Part shown: positions 20,293-29,977 of the stretch, one piece after another
Position numbering within the stretch: position 1 is the stretch's first letter
How the letters are laid out: every line of letters begins with the position of its first letter
Made by a program: the position numbers and the translations under genes
From: an uncultured Pseudomonadales bacterium
GTDB lineage: Bacteria > Patescibacteriota > Microgenomatia > UBA1400 > PJMF01
DNA length: 64,000 nt
NCBI GenBank assembly: GCA_964521215.1
Contig: CAZFRD010000002.1
Span: 10,798 to 74,797 of the forward strand
Reading direction: 5' to 3'
Notes under the pieces: model-generated
What the model was told of the DNA's origin: nothing
What the model saw: the letters and a program-made list of their open reading frames with translations, nothing else
Database searches by the model: none

Positions 20293-20322
20293 ATGATATA
20301 CCTAAGTAATACCTAATGTCAA
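20293..20322 (-). promoter_or_regulatory. Sigma70-like promoter of the TA operon with a direct-repeat operator
   Basis: TTGACA-18 nt-TATCAT on the minus strand, 9 nt before the ATG; TTAGGTAT occurs twice between the -35 and -10 boxes, the second copy touching the -10. Confidence 0.65.
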
Positions 20323-20348
20323 CAAGTAATGATTTGTATATATAGGTA

Positions 20349-21440
20349 TTACTCTCTCAGTCGGTAAGTGACACCCTTGGTCACACCTTCTTTTTCGATC
20401 ACCCCTTTTTCGATTAGGTCTTTTAAATCGCGCAAAATAGTATCGACTGAAACATTGGGTAAGGTATTTTGCGCATCGTAGGATGAAATTTGATCCTGTT
20501 GCTGAAAAAGCTCGAGCAAAATAATTTGCCGCTCGGACAACGCCACTTGTTTACCCAGTTGTTTTTTCATCCGCAAATCTTTGGACAGTCGCTCAACTTG
20601 GCGTTGAATTTTGTCAATTTCTAGAGCGACACCGTAACAAAAATACTCTAACCAGTAGGTTAGATCCTGTTTGCCAGTTTGCTGAACGGAAAGTAAGGCA
20701 TTGTAATAGGCTTCCACATCAGTATCAAAATATTGCTCGAGTGAAAAAAAACGTTTGAAGTCATAACCTAGCGAGTAAAGTAGTAGCGTGGCCATGGCGC
20801 GCGCCGTCCTGCCATTACCCTCAATAAAAGGATGGATATACACGATTTGGTAATGAGTGATGGCGGCGCGCAAAACTGCATGTACCTGTTGTGCGGCTTG
20901 GCTCTTGCCCCACACAAAGAAATCATCAATCAGATAGGGCACTTCTACTGCCACTGGTGGACGAAAGATGACCCCACCACTTGTGGCACTTTGAACAATC
21001 ACTTGTTTTTTCCGAAATTGCCCCACTCCTTCGTTGTCTATTAAACCCTGCACTGTCAACCGATGGAGGGTGTTCAGAGTGTCAAGCGAAAAAACTTGAG
21101 TGGTACTTACTTGGGTTTGTCTGTCAGTCCAAGTTAACACATTGCGATAATTAATGACTTCTTGGACATCTCGTTCTCTCGCAGTAATACCAGTTTGGCG
21201 TAGTGCTTCTTTACTATCATTAACAAACTGGAGTTTGAGTAATTGATCCGCCTGCTCTTCCGTTAGTTCATTGCCTTCAATTTTTGTACCGTAATGAACC
21301 GTCCGGTTGAGTGCTTCACTGCGAAAACGAGCTTCCCAGGCTGGGATTAGAGGCGAGTGGTCAATAATAGCTTTGGCAGCCTCAATTCTAGTGATATAGG
21401 TCAACAAGTTGTTGGTAATAGAAAAAACTGGATCGAACAC
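20349..21440 (-). CDS. Fic family protein with C-terminal winged helix-turn-helix
   Basis: HPFIEGNGRTAR Fic motif, TKIEGN inhibitory-helix-like motif and C-terminal DTILRDLKDL; GTG at 21440 has TATACT 6 nt upstream. Confidence 0.9.
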   Translation of the reverse strand: MFDPVFSITNNLLTYITRIEAAKAIIDHSPLIPAWEARFRSEALNRTVHYGTKIEGNELTEEQADQLLKLQFVNDSKEALRQTGITARERDVQEVINYRNVLTWTDRQTQVSTTQVFSLDTLNTLHRLTVQGLIDNEGVGQFRKKQVIVQSATSGGVIFRPPVAVEVPYLIDDFFVWGKSQAAQQVHAVLRAAITHYQIVYIHPFIEGNGRTARAMATLLLYSLGYDFKRFFSLEQYFDTDVEAYYNALLSVQQTGKQDLTYWLEYFCYGVALEIDKIQRQVERLSKDLRMKKQLGKQVALSERQIILLELFQQQDQISSYDAQNTLPNVSVDTILRDLKDLIEKGVIEKEGVTKGVTYRLRE

Positions 21441-21459
21441 GATGTAAGTATACTGCAAT

Positions 21460-22329
21460 TCATGCAATTTTTGCAGGGAATTTTTGACTTTTTGCTTGCA
21501 AAAGTCGCCAAAATGATTTGGGGACTTCCGCCACCAGATCGCCCGCAGAAAAATTGGGTCCAACTGTCTTCCACAATGTATCTGCCGAATGTTTATTCAA
21601 ATAACTGCCAACAATAGCTGCGGTGAGCGCATCATGCTGACAATACAACGCAGCTACTAAACCAGCTAAGACGTCGCCTGTGCCACCCTTGGTCATACCA
21701 GCGTTGCCACCTGGTATTTTGACAGTTGTTGAACCTTGGGTCACTTCGTCGGTGGGACCTTTAGCCAGCAGGGTGACTCCTGTTTCGAGTAGTTTTGACA
21801 TGGCTAAGTTTTTATTTGTTTGATCAATTTTACCCAAGACTAATTCTAGTTCTTTATGGTGTGGCGTAATTATTTGACTGGTAGCAAAATACTGCGGACC
21901 GACCATTTGCAGCGCGCCGCCATCGATCACCCATTTTTTAGTTGGATATTTTGCCAGCAACTGATTGATTATGACTTGGGTTTGTTCTGAACGGTCCATG
22001 CCTGGACCAATTAAGACAGTGTCGTCTTCTTCAAGATAATAGTCAATTTCCGACCAATCAACGACGATGCCAGACCAAAATCCAGCTTTGATTTTTTGCC
22101 GGACCAACTGATTATTTTCATTAGCTGGGCTCGCAAAATGAACCATATCTACAATTTTGCTCGCCACATCCGCCGCCCAAAAAATACTGCTGTGAAATAG
22201 CTCAGAACCACCAATCACCAAAAGTTTGCCATTTTGACCTTTGTGAGATTCAGGCTTCGGTAAATTAATCTGGTCAAGGTATTGTTCAATATCTTGACTT
22301 ACTTGTTTCGACCTAGATTTAATTGTCAT
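21460..22329 (-). CDS. nnrD: ADP-dependent NAD(P)H-hydrate dehydratase
   Basis: SHKGQNGKLLVIGGS, IGPGM, ITPHHKE and GGTGDVLAG motifs. Confidence 0.88.
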   Translation of the reverse strand: MTIKSRSKQVSQDIEQYLDQINLPKPESHKGQNGKLLVIGGSELFHSSIFWAADVASKIVDMVHFASPANENNQLVRQKIKAGFWSGIVVDWSEIDYYLEEDDTVLIGPGMDRSEQTQVIINQLLAKYPTKKWVIDGGALQMVGPQYFATSQIITPHHKELELVLGKIDQTNKNLAMSKLLETGVTLLAKGPTDEVTQGSTTVKIPGGNAGMTKGGTGDVLAGLVAALYCQHDALTAAIVGSYLNKHSADTLWKTVGPNFSAGDLVAEVPKSFWRLLQAKSQKFPAKIA

Positions 22330-22379
22330 TTTTGCATTATCCCACACATCCTATAGTTGACAAAGGAGAATTGATATCA

Positions 22380-22775
22380 TCAGATAGCTTGAATCACCCG
22401 CAATAGTTTCTTATCAAACGTTTTAACTTTTTGCACTGGCCCAGTTTTGTACTGCGCCACAATGTACGAATCAACCAGCGAAATTGTGTGGTTAGCAAAT
22501 ACGTCGAGTGTGGTGCTGAGAAGTGGATAATCCAATACAAACTTGGTTGAGCGGATGAGTAGGCCCAGTATTTTTACTACTTCCACTTTGGGAACTCTAT
22601 AATAACTGAGCAAAACAAAACTGAGTTCCAAAAAAACTGCATCGGGTAGAAAAATACTTCTCTGAGGAGACTGTCGGATGAATCGCTCTGCTTGAGCAAA
22701 CTGTTCAGGCTGATCCTTCAACAAGTACCGGGCCAACACATTGGTGTCAGCGAGAACGAGAGATTTTGGCTGCAT
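22380..22775 (-). CDS. PIN-domain (VapC-like) toxin
   Basis: ADTNVLAR, conserved E, SLVDS and TFDKKL motifs. Confidence 0.88.
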   Translation of the reverse strand: MQPKSLVLADTNVLARYLLKDQPEQFAQAERFIRQSPQRSIFLPDAVFLELSFVLLSYYRVPKVEVVKILGLLIRSTKFVLDYPLLSTTLDVFANHTISLVDSYIVAQYKTGPVQKVKTFDKKLLRVIQAI

Positions 22776-23013
22776 AATTCTTTTTTACATAATCTAATAC
22801 CGCCACATCCATTTCTGAATCGGTAGGTACTGGCTGACTGGCATATTTGTGCAGGCATCCAGATAACTCAGAGATATCTGGGGCTTTTTGTAACAATATC
22901 TGCTGATTTTTGAGTTTTAACTCTAGTCTCTCGCCTGCTTTTGTACCAATTTCATCAAGCAATGCTTTTGGTAGGGTTATCTGACGCTGAGAAGAAATAG
23001 TGGCAATATGCAT
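22747..23013 (-). CDS. AbrB/MazE-family antitoxin
   Basis: ATISSQRQITLPK; overlaps the downstream PIN gene. Confidence 0.85.
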   Translation of the reverse strand: MHIATISSQRQITLPKALLDEIGTKAGERLELKLKNQQILLQKAPDISELSGCLHKYASQPVPTDSEMDVAVLDYVKKNYAAKISRSR

Positions 23014-23111
23014 ATTAGCTGAATAATATCACTTCGCTTTACTTTTGTCTAGCACTTTAATTTTAATATTTACTTTAATACTGACTTTCACTTTATTAAA
23101 AAGTTAAGAGA

Positions 23112-24215
23112 TTATTTACCCAGCTCAATCACGGCTGTATTTTTTGGTAAAAAAGTTACCACTTCTGGGTCGGCTGAGGTGACAATAGCTTGGTGATTAT
23201 TGATAAGTTTCACGACTACTTGCTGGTTTTCTTCGTCTAGTTCAGAAAAAATATCATCCAAGAGCAAAAGTGGTCTTTGACCAGTTTGAGTTTCAATATA
23301 ACTTAATTGGCAAGCTTTGAGCCACAAGATGGCAAGTCGTTGCTGACCACGAGAACCATACAACGCCGCATCGTGAAATTGGCCAAGTTGTCCTCGCCAC
23401 AAATCCTGAACATCACAACTAACGTTAAAATCATCTTTGTGCGGTCCAACCAAGCAATAGCCTGAGGCAATGGCTCGGTCTTGATAGTGATCCATCCGTT
23501 CCTGAGTAATAATCGATGGTAGATAAGTGACAGAAAAACGCACGGCAAAGGGTACTTTGATGGTTGCTTGTAAAAACTGTTCACGTTGACGTTGTAAATA
23601 TTCTCCATGTTTGACCATCGATCGCTGCCAATACTCCAAAATACTAGTTGGTTGACGGTGGTCACGCACCATTTCGAGCAGTTTGTTGTACCGTTTTAAA
23701 CTTTGCTCATAAGTTTTAACAGAACGTAAATATTCGGCGTCAAAACTGCCAATCACTTCGTCCAAAAATCGGCGGCGGCGACTAGGAGAACCTTCAATAA
23801 TCCGCATGTCTTCGGGGCGAAAGACTGCTGTTTGCAGTTGGCCCAACATTTTGTGAAGCTGGCGATTGATACCATTGACGGAAAAATGTTTGTGGTGGGT
23901 TTTTTTGCCTTGAAGCATGCCGCGGGTGAGGAGCACAGATAGCTCTGTCTGTTCTAGTTCTTGTTCGGCTTCAGCTTGTTCGCTCATTGACTGGCTGAGG
24001 TTACCCGTAATTCTCGCCCACTCAGCAAAAAAACCCACCATTTCCTCCACCTTACCAGCGCGAAAACTTTGGCCAGTGGCTAATAAATGAATGGCTTCAA
24101 TAATTGCAGTCTTGCCACTGGCGTTGGGACCAACAATTAACGTAGCACGATCAGAAAAATTAAGCTTCAAATTTTCATGCGAGCGGAAGTGTTGTAAATG
24201 CAACGATTGCAACAT
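23112..24215 (-). CDS. recF: DNA replication and repair protein RecF
   Basis: GPNASGKT, GSPSRRRRFLD, GPHKDD, GSRGQQR and LLLDDIFSELD motifs. Confidence 0.93.
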   Translation of the reverse strand: MLQSLHLQHFRSHENLKLNFSDRATLIVGPNASGKTAIIEAIHLLATGQSFRAGKVEEMVGFFAEWARITGNLSQSMSEQAEAEQELEQTELSVLLTRGMLQGKKTHHKHFSVNGINRQLHKMLGQLQTAVFRPEDMRIIEGSPSRRRRFLDEVIGSFDAEYLRSVKTYEQSLKRYNKLLEMVRDHRQPTSILEYWQRSMVKHGEYLQRQREQFLQATIKVPFAVRFSVTYLPSIITQERMDHYQDRAIASGYCLVGPHKDDFNVSCDVQDLWRGQLGQFHDAALYGSRGQQRLAILWLKACQLSYIETQTGQRPLLLLDDIFSELDEENQQVVVKLINNHQAIVTSADPEVVTFLPKNTAVIELGK

Positions 24216-24240
24216 AATTTACTGCTTGTTTATAACAACT

Positions 24241-25212
24241 CTATTCTTTAATCATTTTTCCATGATCAAAAAAATATTTACGAGTAGCATATAAATCAGG
24301 AAAAATACTCTCTGGCAATATTTTTCTATACGTGCGCATTCTATTTTCTCTTTGATCCGGATTGTCGAGATAGAAACGAATACCAGCCCAATGAACCGGA
24401 GGATAAATTAGCATGATGTCACTAATCTTTCTCATTAATGACAGCTCGGTTAGTTTATGTGCAATTAGTACGTACCGAATATCATCCTCAAGTCTTCCAA
24501 AGGAAAATTCTGCTCCCAATAGTGGAACTTCTAATGCCTCCATTAATGGGAAAAATGTAGCAAGCGTTCCAACAGCAGCGATGGCTCTTGCGCTCGATAA
24601 TAAAAAATCTCTTCGTGAAATTTGTACTGGATGATTAACCGGATTTTCTCGCACTGATTCTTCTCTTGAGGCCTGTAGGCCATTGGTTACAGCAGACAAA
24701 GTATAGTAGCCCCCAACGAGATTCGGACTCGAGAGCAAGGCTGAAGCAGTAACAAACTGGTTGCTCCAAGCTGGATCTAATACTAATACGCTTTTTCCTT
24801 CTCGCTTAACTATGGTAGTGAAATAATCAAACAAACTATTAGAGGATTTAAAAATTTTCGCTATAGCTCTTGTAATTATGTTTCCATTATCATTATATTC
24901 TGGTGGAAAGTATTCTGGCACTAGAATTCCTTTGAAGGGAGTTACGTACTCATCAAGATAAGAATTATTTGCCGAAGACACATTGTGTTCTATTGCTAGA
25001 ACCTGAATCATGCATCCGTTTAACTCATAGTCTGACTTGTGTTCACTGGCCCTCATAGGCACATCTCTGTCTGGACTATCAACGGCCTTGGCCACTCCGA
25101 TTTGAATTCCAACTAGAGCAAGAGTTCCAAAAATAATTTTCTTAAGCGCCTCTCCTCTTGAAACGTTTCTTGTTATTTCACTAAATTCTCCTGAGGCTAG
25201 ATTTTCACTCAT
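24241..25212 (-). CDS. Orphan protein with twin-arginine-like motifs
   Basis: VSRGEALKK and ISRRDFLL are each followed by a hydrophobic helix. Confidence 0.55.
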   Translation of the reverse strand: MSENLASGEFSEITRNVSRGEALKKIIFGTLALVGIQIGVAKAVDSPDRDVPMRASEHKSDYELNGCMIQVLAIEHNVSSANNSYLDEYVTPFKGILVPEYFPPEYNDNGNIITRAIAKIFKSSNSLFDYFTTIVKREGKSVLVLDPAWSNQFVTASALLSSPNLVGGYYTLSAVTNGLQASREESVRENPVNHPVQISRRDFLLSSARAIAAVGTLATFFPLMEALEVPLLGAEFSFGRLEDDIRYVLIAHKLTELSLMRKISDIMLIYPPVHWAGIRFYLDNPDQRENRMRTYRKILPESIFPDLYATRKYFFDHGKMIKE

Positions 25213-25220
25213 ATTGATTT

Positions 25221-26981
25221 TTACTGTTTGAACTCAATATTGAAAAAACCAAAACTACTCTGGGGGATTCTTAAATAACCCGGGGCTCTTAGATTAAAAG
25301 TGGACTTAAACTCGCTACCAGGAATATCAAGATTGCCCCGGTTGGTGCTCAGGTGCACCGATGTGGTTTGACCATTATTACTGTGACTGACGCTGACTGC
25401 CGAAATATTAGTCACCGCTCCACCTGAATTATTAGCTCGGTCGCGCAGTTCGCTCATGGAATAGGGATTGCCGCCGCCGCCGATTTGACATTGATTAATA
25501 GTCGGCGGCTGAATTCGACTGGTATCGGCACCGTTAGGATTGTTGCGCACGATCCAAGCGTTGATGATGTCGGCAAATTCTTCCTGCGAAAGCCAGGGAT
25601 GCGAGCGGCCACAGCTGTCGCCGCTCGCAAAGTAACCATTGCGATACCAAGCTTTATAAAACCAGGGGCTACTGGCTTTATTTTCCCACGCTCTGGTGGA
25701 CCAAGATCCATCGGCGGACTTATCAGTTGTATCCCAACCAGATGTATTGCTATATCCCCCATGGGTGGATGCATACTGAGTGGAAACCGGATTCCCACCA
25801 CCATCCACCAACACCCAACCTCGCGTATCATTGACTGCCCGCTCCCAATCACCACCTTTTTTTTGATTTTTAAAAACTTGACAAGCTTCGGTGGTACAAA
25901 TTGATTTGGCACCATTGCCAGTGTATTTAATGGCAAAAGTCCGTGCCGCTATCGCTTGCGCTTTGAGGGCTTCCATATGCCAACTGCCTGGCATTTCATA
26001 AATTCCTTGCAGGTATTGATCTTCAAAAGATATTGTGCCTACTCCTTGGACGCTGATCGAACCCATGGCAGAGAAATCACGTTTGAGCGTAGCATTGGGA
26101 TAATAGGCTTTGAGAATCTCTTCCGCTGACTGACCCGAATCAGCCCTGGCTTTGGCGCCATACTGACTCATACCATTACGATGAGTGTAGCCACCAAAGC
26201 TGAAGACGGCAAAAGAATTACCAGGGGCTTGGGCCTTATAGGCAATGGAGGCATTGAAATCATCTGCTAGTGGCACCTCGCCGACGGAAGTGATGAACGA
26301 CCCAGACCGAGCATTGATAATTGATTGTTGTCGTGCTGAAAGATCGGCAATTTTACTTGACAAGGTTTGTTGGTAATCTTTGGCTTTGGCAATTTCAGTC
26401 TTGAAAAAATCGGCTTGGCTATCTAGTTGTTTTTCTAAATTGGCTAAAACAACTTGGCGCTCTTCGAGCGCCTGACGATCGCTTTCTAACGCAGAGATGT
26501 CTTTGGTGATGCTACTAATTAAGCGTTGGTCTTGAGCTTGCACCGACTCACGGTAAGCTAAATCTTTGGTTAAACTGCCGACAGTGCTTTGTGACAACAT
26601 GATTAGGGGCGAAGAGACCAAACGCAGACGAATGTATTGGTCATGAACTCGTTTGGAAAGAATTTGGTATTGTAAGGCTAAATCGACTTCGCGTTTTTCG
26701 ATATCGTTGCCCACTCGGATCACTTCTTGTTTAGCTTTTTCGATGCCTGATCTGGCTGAGTTGATCCGGGATTGCAAGTTGGCCACTTCTTTTTCTAACG
26801 GCGTGGTGGCCGCGACCGAAAGATTTTTCAGCTTTTCCAACTCGTTGATCTGGTTTTGCAAGTCATCAACTGGGTCAAGGGCTCGAGCCAGATTGTTTGG
26901 CACCAATACTCCGCCTAAGACGAAAAATAACAAAAATCCGATCATTCCCATTTTTTGCAAAAACTGGCTGTATCTTTTCAT
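25221..26981 (-). CDS. Secreted coiled-coil + SpoIID/LytB-domain peptidoglycan hydrolase
   Basis: Signal peptide, about 190 aa of coiled coil, GMSQYGA and YEMPGSWHMEALKAQAIAARTFA motifs. Confidence 0.85.
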   Translation of the reverse strand: MKRYSQFLQKMGMIGFLLFFVLGGVLVPNNLARALDPVDDLQNQINELEKLKNLSVAATTPLEKEVANLQSRINSARSGIEKAKQEVIRVGNDIEKREVDLALQYQILSKRVHDQYIRLRLVSSPLIMLSQSTVGSLTKDLAYRESVQAQDQRLISSITKDISALESDRQALEERQVVLANLEKQLDSQADFFKTEIAKAKDYQQTLSSKIADLSARQQSIINARSGSFITSVGEVPLADDFNASIAYKAQAPGNSFAVFSFGGYTHRNGMSQYGAKARADSGQSAEEILKAYYPNATLKRDFSAMGSISVQGVGTISFEDQYLQGIYEMPGSWHMEALKAQAIAARTFAIKYTGNGAKSICTTEACQVFKNQKKGGDWERAVNDTRGWVLVDGGGNPVSTQYASTHGGYSNTSGWDTTDKSADGSWSTRAWENKASSPWFYKAWYRNGYFASGDSCGRSHPWLSQEEFADIINAWIVRNNPNGADTSRIQPPTINQCQIGGGGNPYSMSELRDRANNSGGAVTNISAVSVSHSNNGQTTSVHLSTNRGNLDIPGSEFKSTFNLRAPGYLRIPQSSFGFFNIEFKQ

Positions 26982-27057
26982 ACTGGTTTGATCATGGTTG
27001 AGTTAATAATTACCCCTCTTAAAACTCAGACTGTATTAAGGTACAATAGCATGAGTC

Positions 27058-28290
27058 ATGCTCAAAAGTAAAAAGTGGGTCATCACTTCCCGACTTGTTT
27101 TTATTCTTTTACTTGCTTTGGTAATCTTTTTCAACCCAAAAACAGCTATGGCTTCGAGCTGCAGCAGTTACGCTCTAACCCACTCAAAATCAAGCAACTT
27201 TCCTTATGATGTTAGTTGCGCATCGATACCAACGAATGCAACTGTTACTGTTAATGCGGGTGGACCAAATAAATTTATCCCCAATGAAACCTACACCCTT
27301 TGGAGAGCAAAAAAGGCACAATCGTCTCAAGGTCAAAGTGTTCAGGTAGCATCTTCTCAAGCAACAAATGAAAATTCCATCACTTTTACACTATCTGATC
27401 CCGTTGCGTTTGAACCAGGGACATGGTTTTTGTCCATTTTTGGCCCTTCACTTGGCGATATTGGTGTAGGTTGCGGACTTTCTGGTTTTAGTCCAACTTA
27501 CAAAGTTGGTTTAAGAAGTTGGTCAGCAGAAATTTTTGCCTCCCAAACACGTGGTGGCAAAATGTGTTACGGTTTTCCCACCGGATGTCTAGAAGCCGGT
27601 ACACCAATCACACTGACTGTTGAAAACGTAAAACTCTGTGGCAAACCCTATGCAAATAAAAGAATTGACTTTTCTTCAGAAGGAAACAATGTGTCGAGAA
27701 ACACCGATACAAACGGTAATTTAACTGGTCAACCAATCGTGTTCACTTTTCAAAATGCCGGAAATTATGGATTTGTGGTTGGCCCATTTGAGTATAAATT
27801 CGACACTATACTTAGATCAAAATTTACTATTCGATCGTCTGGTCAGTGTGATACTTGTCTAACCACCAAACCTAAACCAATTGACCCCAACCAGCCTTAT
27901 CAATACAAAATTTGTGACCAGATTAATGGAGATTTGATGAGTCCAGAAGGAGGCAGTGCAAAAGATGCTTGTTTGCAGTGTGTTGGAGGTAATGAGTTGG
28001 GTCGGGAAGGCATTTGGACTGCTATTGGCTGTATCCCTCGTGATCCAGAGAAAATCGTCAAAAGCTTATTGCGACTGGGTTTGGGTATGGGAGGTGGTTT
28101 CGCCCTCATCATCATTTTGGCCTCGGGTTTTGTCCTAAGTGTTTCCCAGGGTGAACCTAATCGCATTAACGAAGCCAAGCAGTGGCTCACTTCTGCTCTA
28201 GTTGGTATGTTGTTTATTATTTTCTCGGTGACCCTACTTCACTTTATTGGCTATACTATTTTTAGAATACCTGGCTTTGGAGGACCTTAA
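27058..28290 (+). CDS. VirB2/TrbC-like pilin 1 with a large Cys-rich N-terminal domain
   Basis: Signal peptide; C-terminal TM-loop-TM (SQGEPNRINEAKQWLTSALVG). Confidence 0.72.
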   Translation: MLKSKKWVITSRLVFILLLALVIFFNPKTAMASSCSSYALTHSKSSNFPYDVSCASIPTNATVTVNAGGPNKFIPNETYTLWRAKKAQSSQGQSVQVASSQATNENSITFTLSDPVAFEPGTWFLSIFGPSLGDIGVGCGLSGFSPTYKVGLRSWSAEIFASQTRGGKMCYGFPTGCLEAGTPITLTVENVKLCGKPYANKRIDFSSEGNNVSRNTDTNGNLTGQPIVFTFQNAGNYGFVVGPFEYKFDTILRSKFTIRSSGQCDTCLTTKPKPIDPNQPYQYKICDQINGDLMSPEGGSAKDACLQCVGGNELGREGIWTAIGCIPRDPEKIVKSLLRLGLGMGGGFALIIILASGFVLSVSQGEPNRINEAKQWLTSALVGMLFIIFSVTLLHFIGYTIFRIPGFGGP

Positions 28291-28976
28291 TGATAATTGT
28301 TGGTAGAATTATTACTGCATTACTCGCCTGTTTCTTCTTATTTGTTGTCATTTCTCCCCAAGCTGCTTTCGCATCCTGTGGCAACATAAAAAACGACCCC
28401 CCAAACTGGGGTACAATTAAGTTTTGTGATTTCAATAACAATAATCAGGGAGAGGATCCAGTTGAGTTTTCTTTTGTAAGTTGTACAACTGGACAAGCCA
28501 ATGATGGACCGCTAGGAACCCGTTGTTGCGCTGACACTCCAGAATGTGGAGTCATCCCTAGCGTCACACCTACTCCTAGACCCCCAACACCCACAGGCGC
28601 TCCCACCCCCACCGGGCACGTGATCGATCCCATCAATCCGCCAACCGATGAATTTTTTGACCTGGTTGACCCGCTACAACATGGCGGGGGAAAAACGATT
28701 CTTGACGACGTAGCCTCACCTTTTGCCACTCAACTTAAAACACCAGGTGGCATCATTAGCCGGTTACTCTTCTTTGCTTTTCCCCTAGCTGGCTTGATCT
28801 TATTTGTCATGCTAGTCTGGGCCGGCTTTGAAATACTGATTGGCGCTCCAACCAAGAAATCAATCGATGCCGGCAAGCAAAGAGCCACCGCTGCCTTAGT
28901 GGGATTTTTTCTCTTATTTGCCAGTTACTGGATTTTCCAGATTATAGAAGTAGTATTCGGTGTTAAAATTTTATAA
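28290..28976 (+). CDS. VirB2-like pilin 2 (Cys-rich domain plus Pro/Thr linker)
   Basis: Signal peptide ending AFA; C-terminal WAGF...DAGKQRATAALVG. Confidence 0.72.
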   Translation: MIIVGRIITALLACFFLFVVISPQAAFASCGNIKNDPPNWGTIKFCDFNNNNQGEDPVEFSFVSCTTGQANDGPLGTRCCADTPECGVIPSVTPTPRPPTPTGAPTPTGHVIDPINPPTDEFFDLVDPLQHGGGKTILDDVASPFATQLKTPGGIISRLLFFAFPLAGLILFVMLVWAGFEILIGAPTKKSIDAGKQRATAALVGFFLLFASYWIFQIIEVVFGVKIL

Positions 28977-28982
28977 ACAAGT

Positions 28983-29546
28983 GTGCAAAAAATAATTAAG
29001 ATTATCATCAACTCCAGCTTACTCACCCTACTCTGTATTATTACAAGTTTATATTTTGTCAGTTCTGCTCAAGCTGCTTGTTCTGTCATTAGAGACACTG
29101 GAGCCGTATACTACTGTGACTACAACCATAATTTCCAGCCAGATCTAGGAGAAGGCTCTCATGTAGTTTGTACCAACAGCCCACCCAAATGTTGTAGTAC
29201 GCAAACAGAGTGCAACTTGCTCCCCAGTGGTTGTGCTCCCGGCTCTGGTTTCATTTCTCTGGGGGATTGTCTCAAACTATCTGATGATACAAAGATTAGT
29301 GACACCTACACCACTCCTGCTTTTCTGGTCAATCTGATTGTCCGCAACTTATTTGTAGTAGCCGGTGTAGTATTATTTTTCATGATTCTACTGGCTGGCT
29401 TAAAATTTATCACTGGTGGCAAAAAGGGCCTAGATGAAGCCAAGCAAATCATGACGGCTGCTTTAGTTGGCTTTTTACTGATGTTCTCGGCTTACTGGAT
29501 TGTCCAAATTGTTAAAATAGTGACCAAAACCGATCTGATTATATGA
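28983..29546 (+). CDS. VirB2-like pilin 3 (Cys-rich)
   Basis: Signal peptide ending AQA; AGLKFITGG...EAKQIMTAALVG. Confidence 0.72.
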   Translation: MQKIIKIIINSSLLTLLCIITSLYFVSSAQAACSVIRDTGAVYYCDYNHNFQPDLGEGSHVVCTNSPPKCCSTQTECNLLPSGCAPGSGFISLGDCLKLSDDTKISDTYTTPAFLVNLIVRNLFVVAGVVLFFMILLAGLKFITGGKKGLDEAKQIMTAALVGFLLMFSAYWIVQIVKIVTKTDLII

Positions 29547-29968
29547 CCAAATTTTTTATTTCTATTGTTTTCGTCCTCGCACTGGCAATTATTTTCACTA
29601 GTAACGTCGGCGCGGTTGATAATCTTGATGCAACCATCGGTAAAATTGGTACCCCGCCTGGAGTAACAGAACAAATTGCAAATTCCGGTGTTGATCCAGA
29701 TGAAGTTGCCATTTTGTTTTTCCTCAGTTCCCTGATCAAGTTTGCCAATGTCATTGCTGGCATTTGGGTCGCTTTTAATGTAGTATTTGCCGCTTTTGAT
29801 TATTTGGGCGGACAAGGATCAGCCGAGGCTCACAAAAAAGTTCGCGAGAGAATCACCATGAGCGTGGTTGGACTATTATTACTAGTAGTGGCCTACGTGG
29901 CGACAGCCATGATCAGCTTACTTTTATTTGGCGATGCTAGTTATGTGCTCCAACCCAAGTTGGAATAA
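29543..29968 (+). CDS. VirB2-like pilin 4
   Basis: GQGSAEAHKKVRERITMSVVG lies between two TM segments. Confidence 0.68.
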   Translation: MTKFFISIVFVLALAIIFTSNVGAVDNLDATIGKIGTPPGVTEQIANSGVDPDEVAILFFLSSLIKFANVIAGIWVAFNVVFAAFDYLGGQGSAEAHKKVRERITMSVVGLLLLVVAYVATAMISLLLFGDASYVLQPKLE

Positions 29969-29977
29969 GACCAAACT

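Noticed and set aside
20349-21563. ORF-track extended starts for Fic (21563), and likewise nagZ (10039), dnaA (54092) and pilin 8 (31311)
   Set aside because: The extensions overlap neighbouring genes or regulatory DNA; downstream ATG/GTG starts fit the family N-termini or the upstream -10 motif better.
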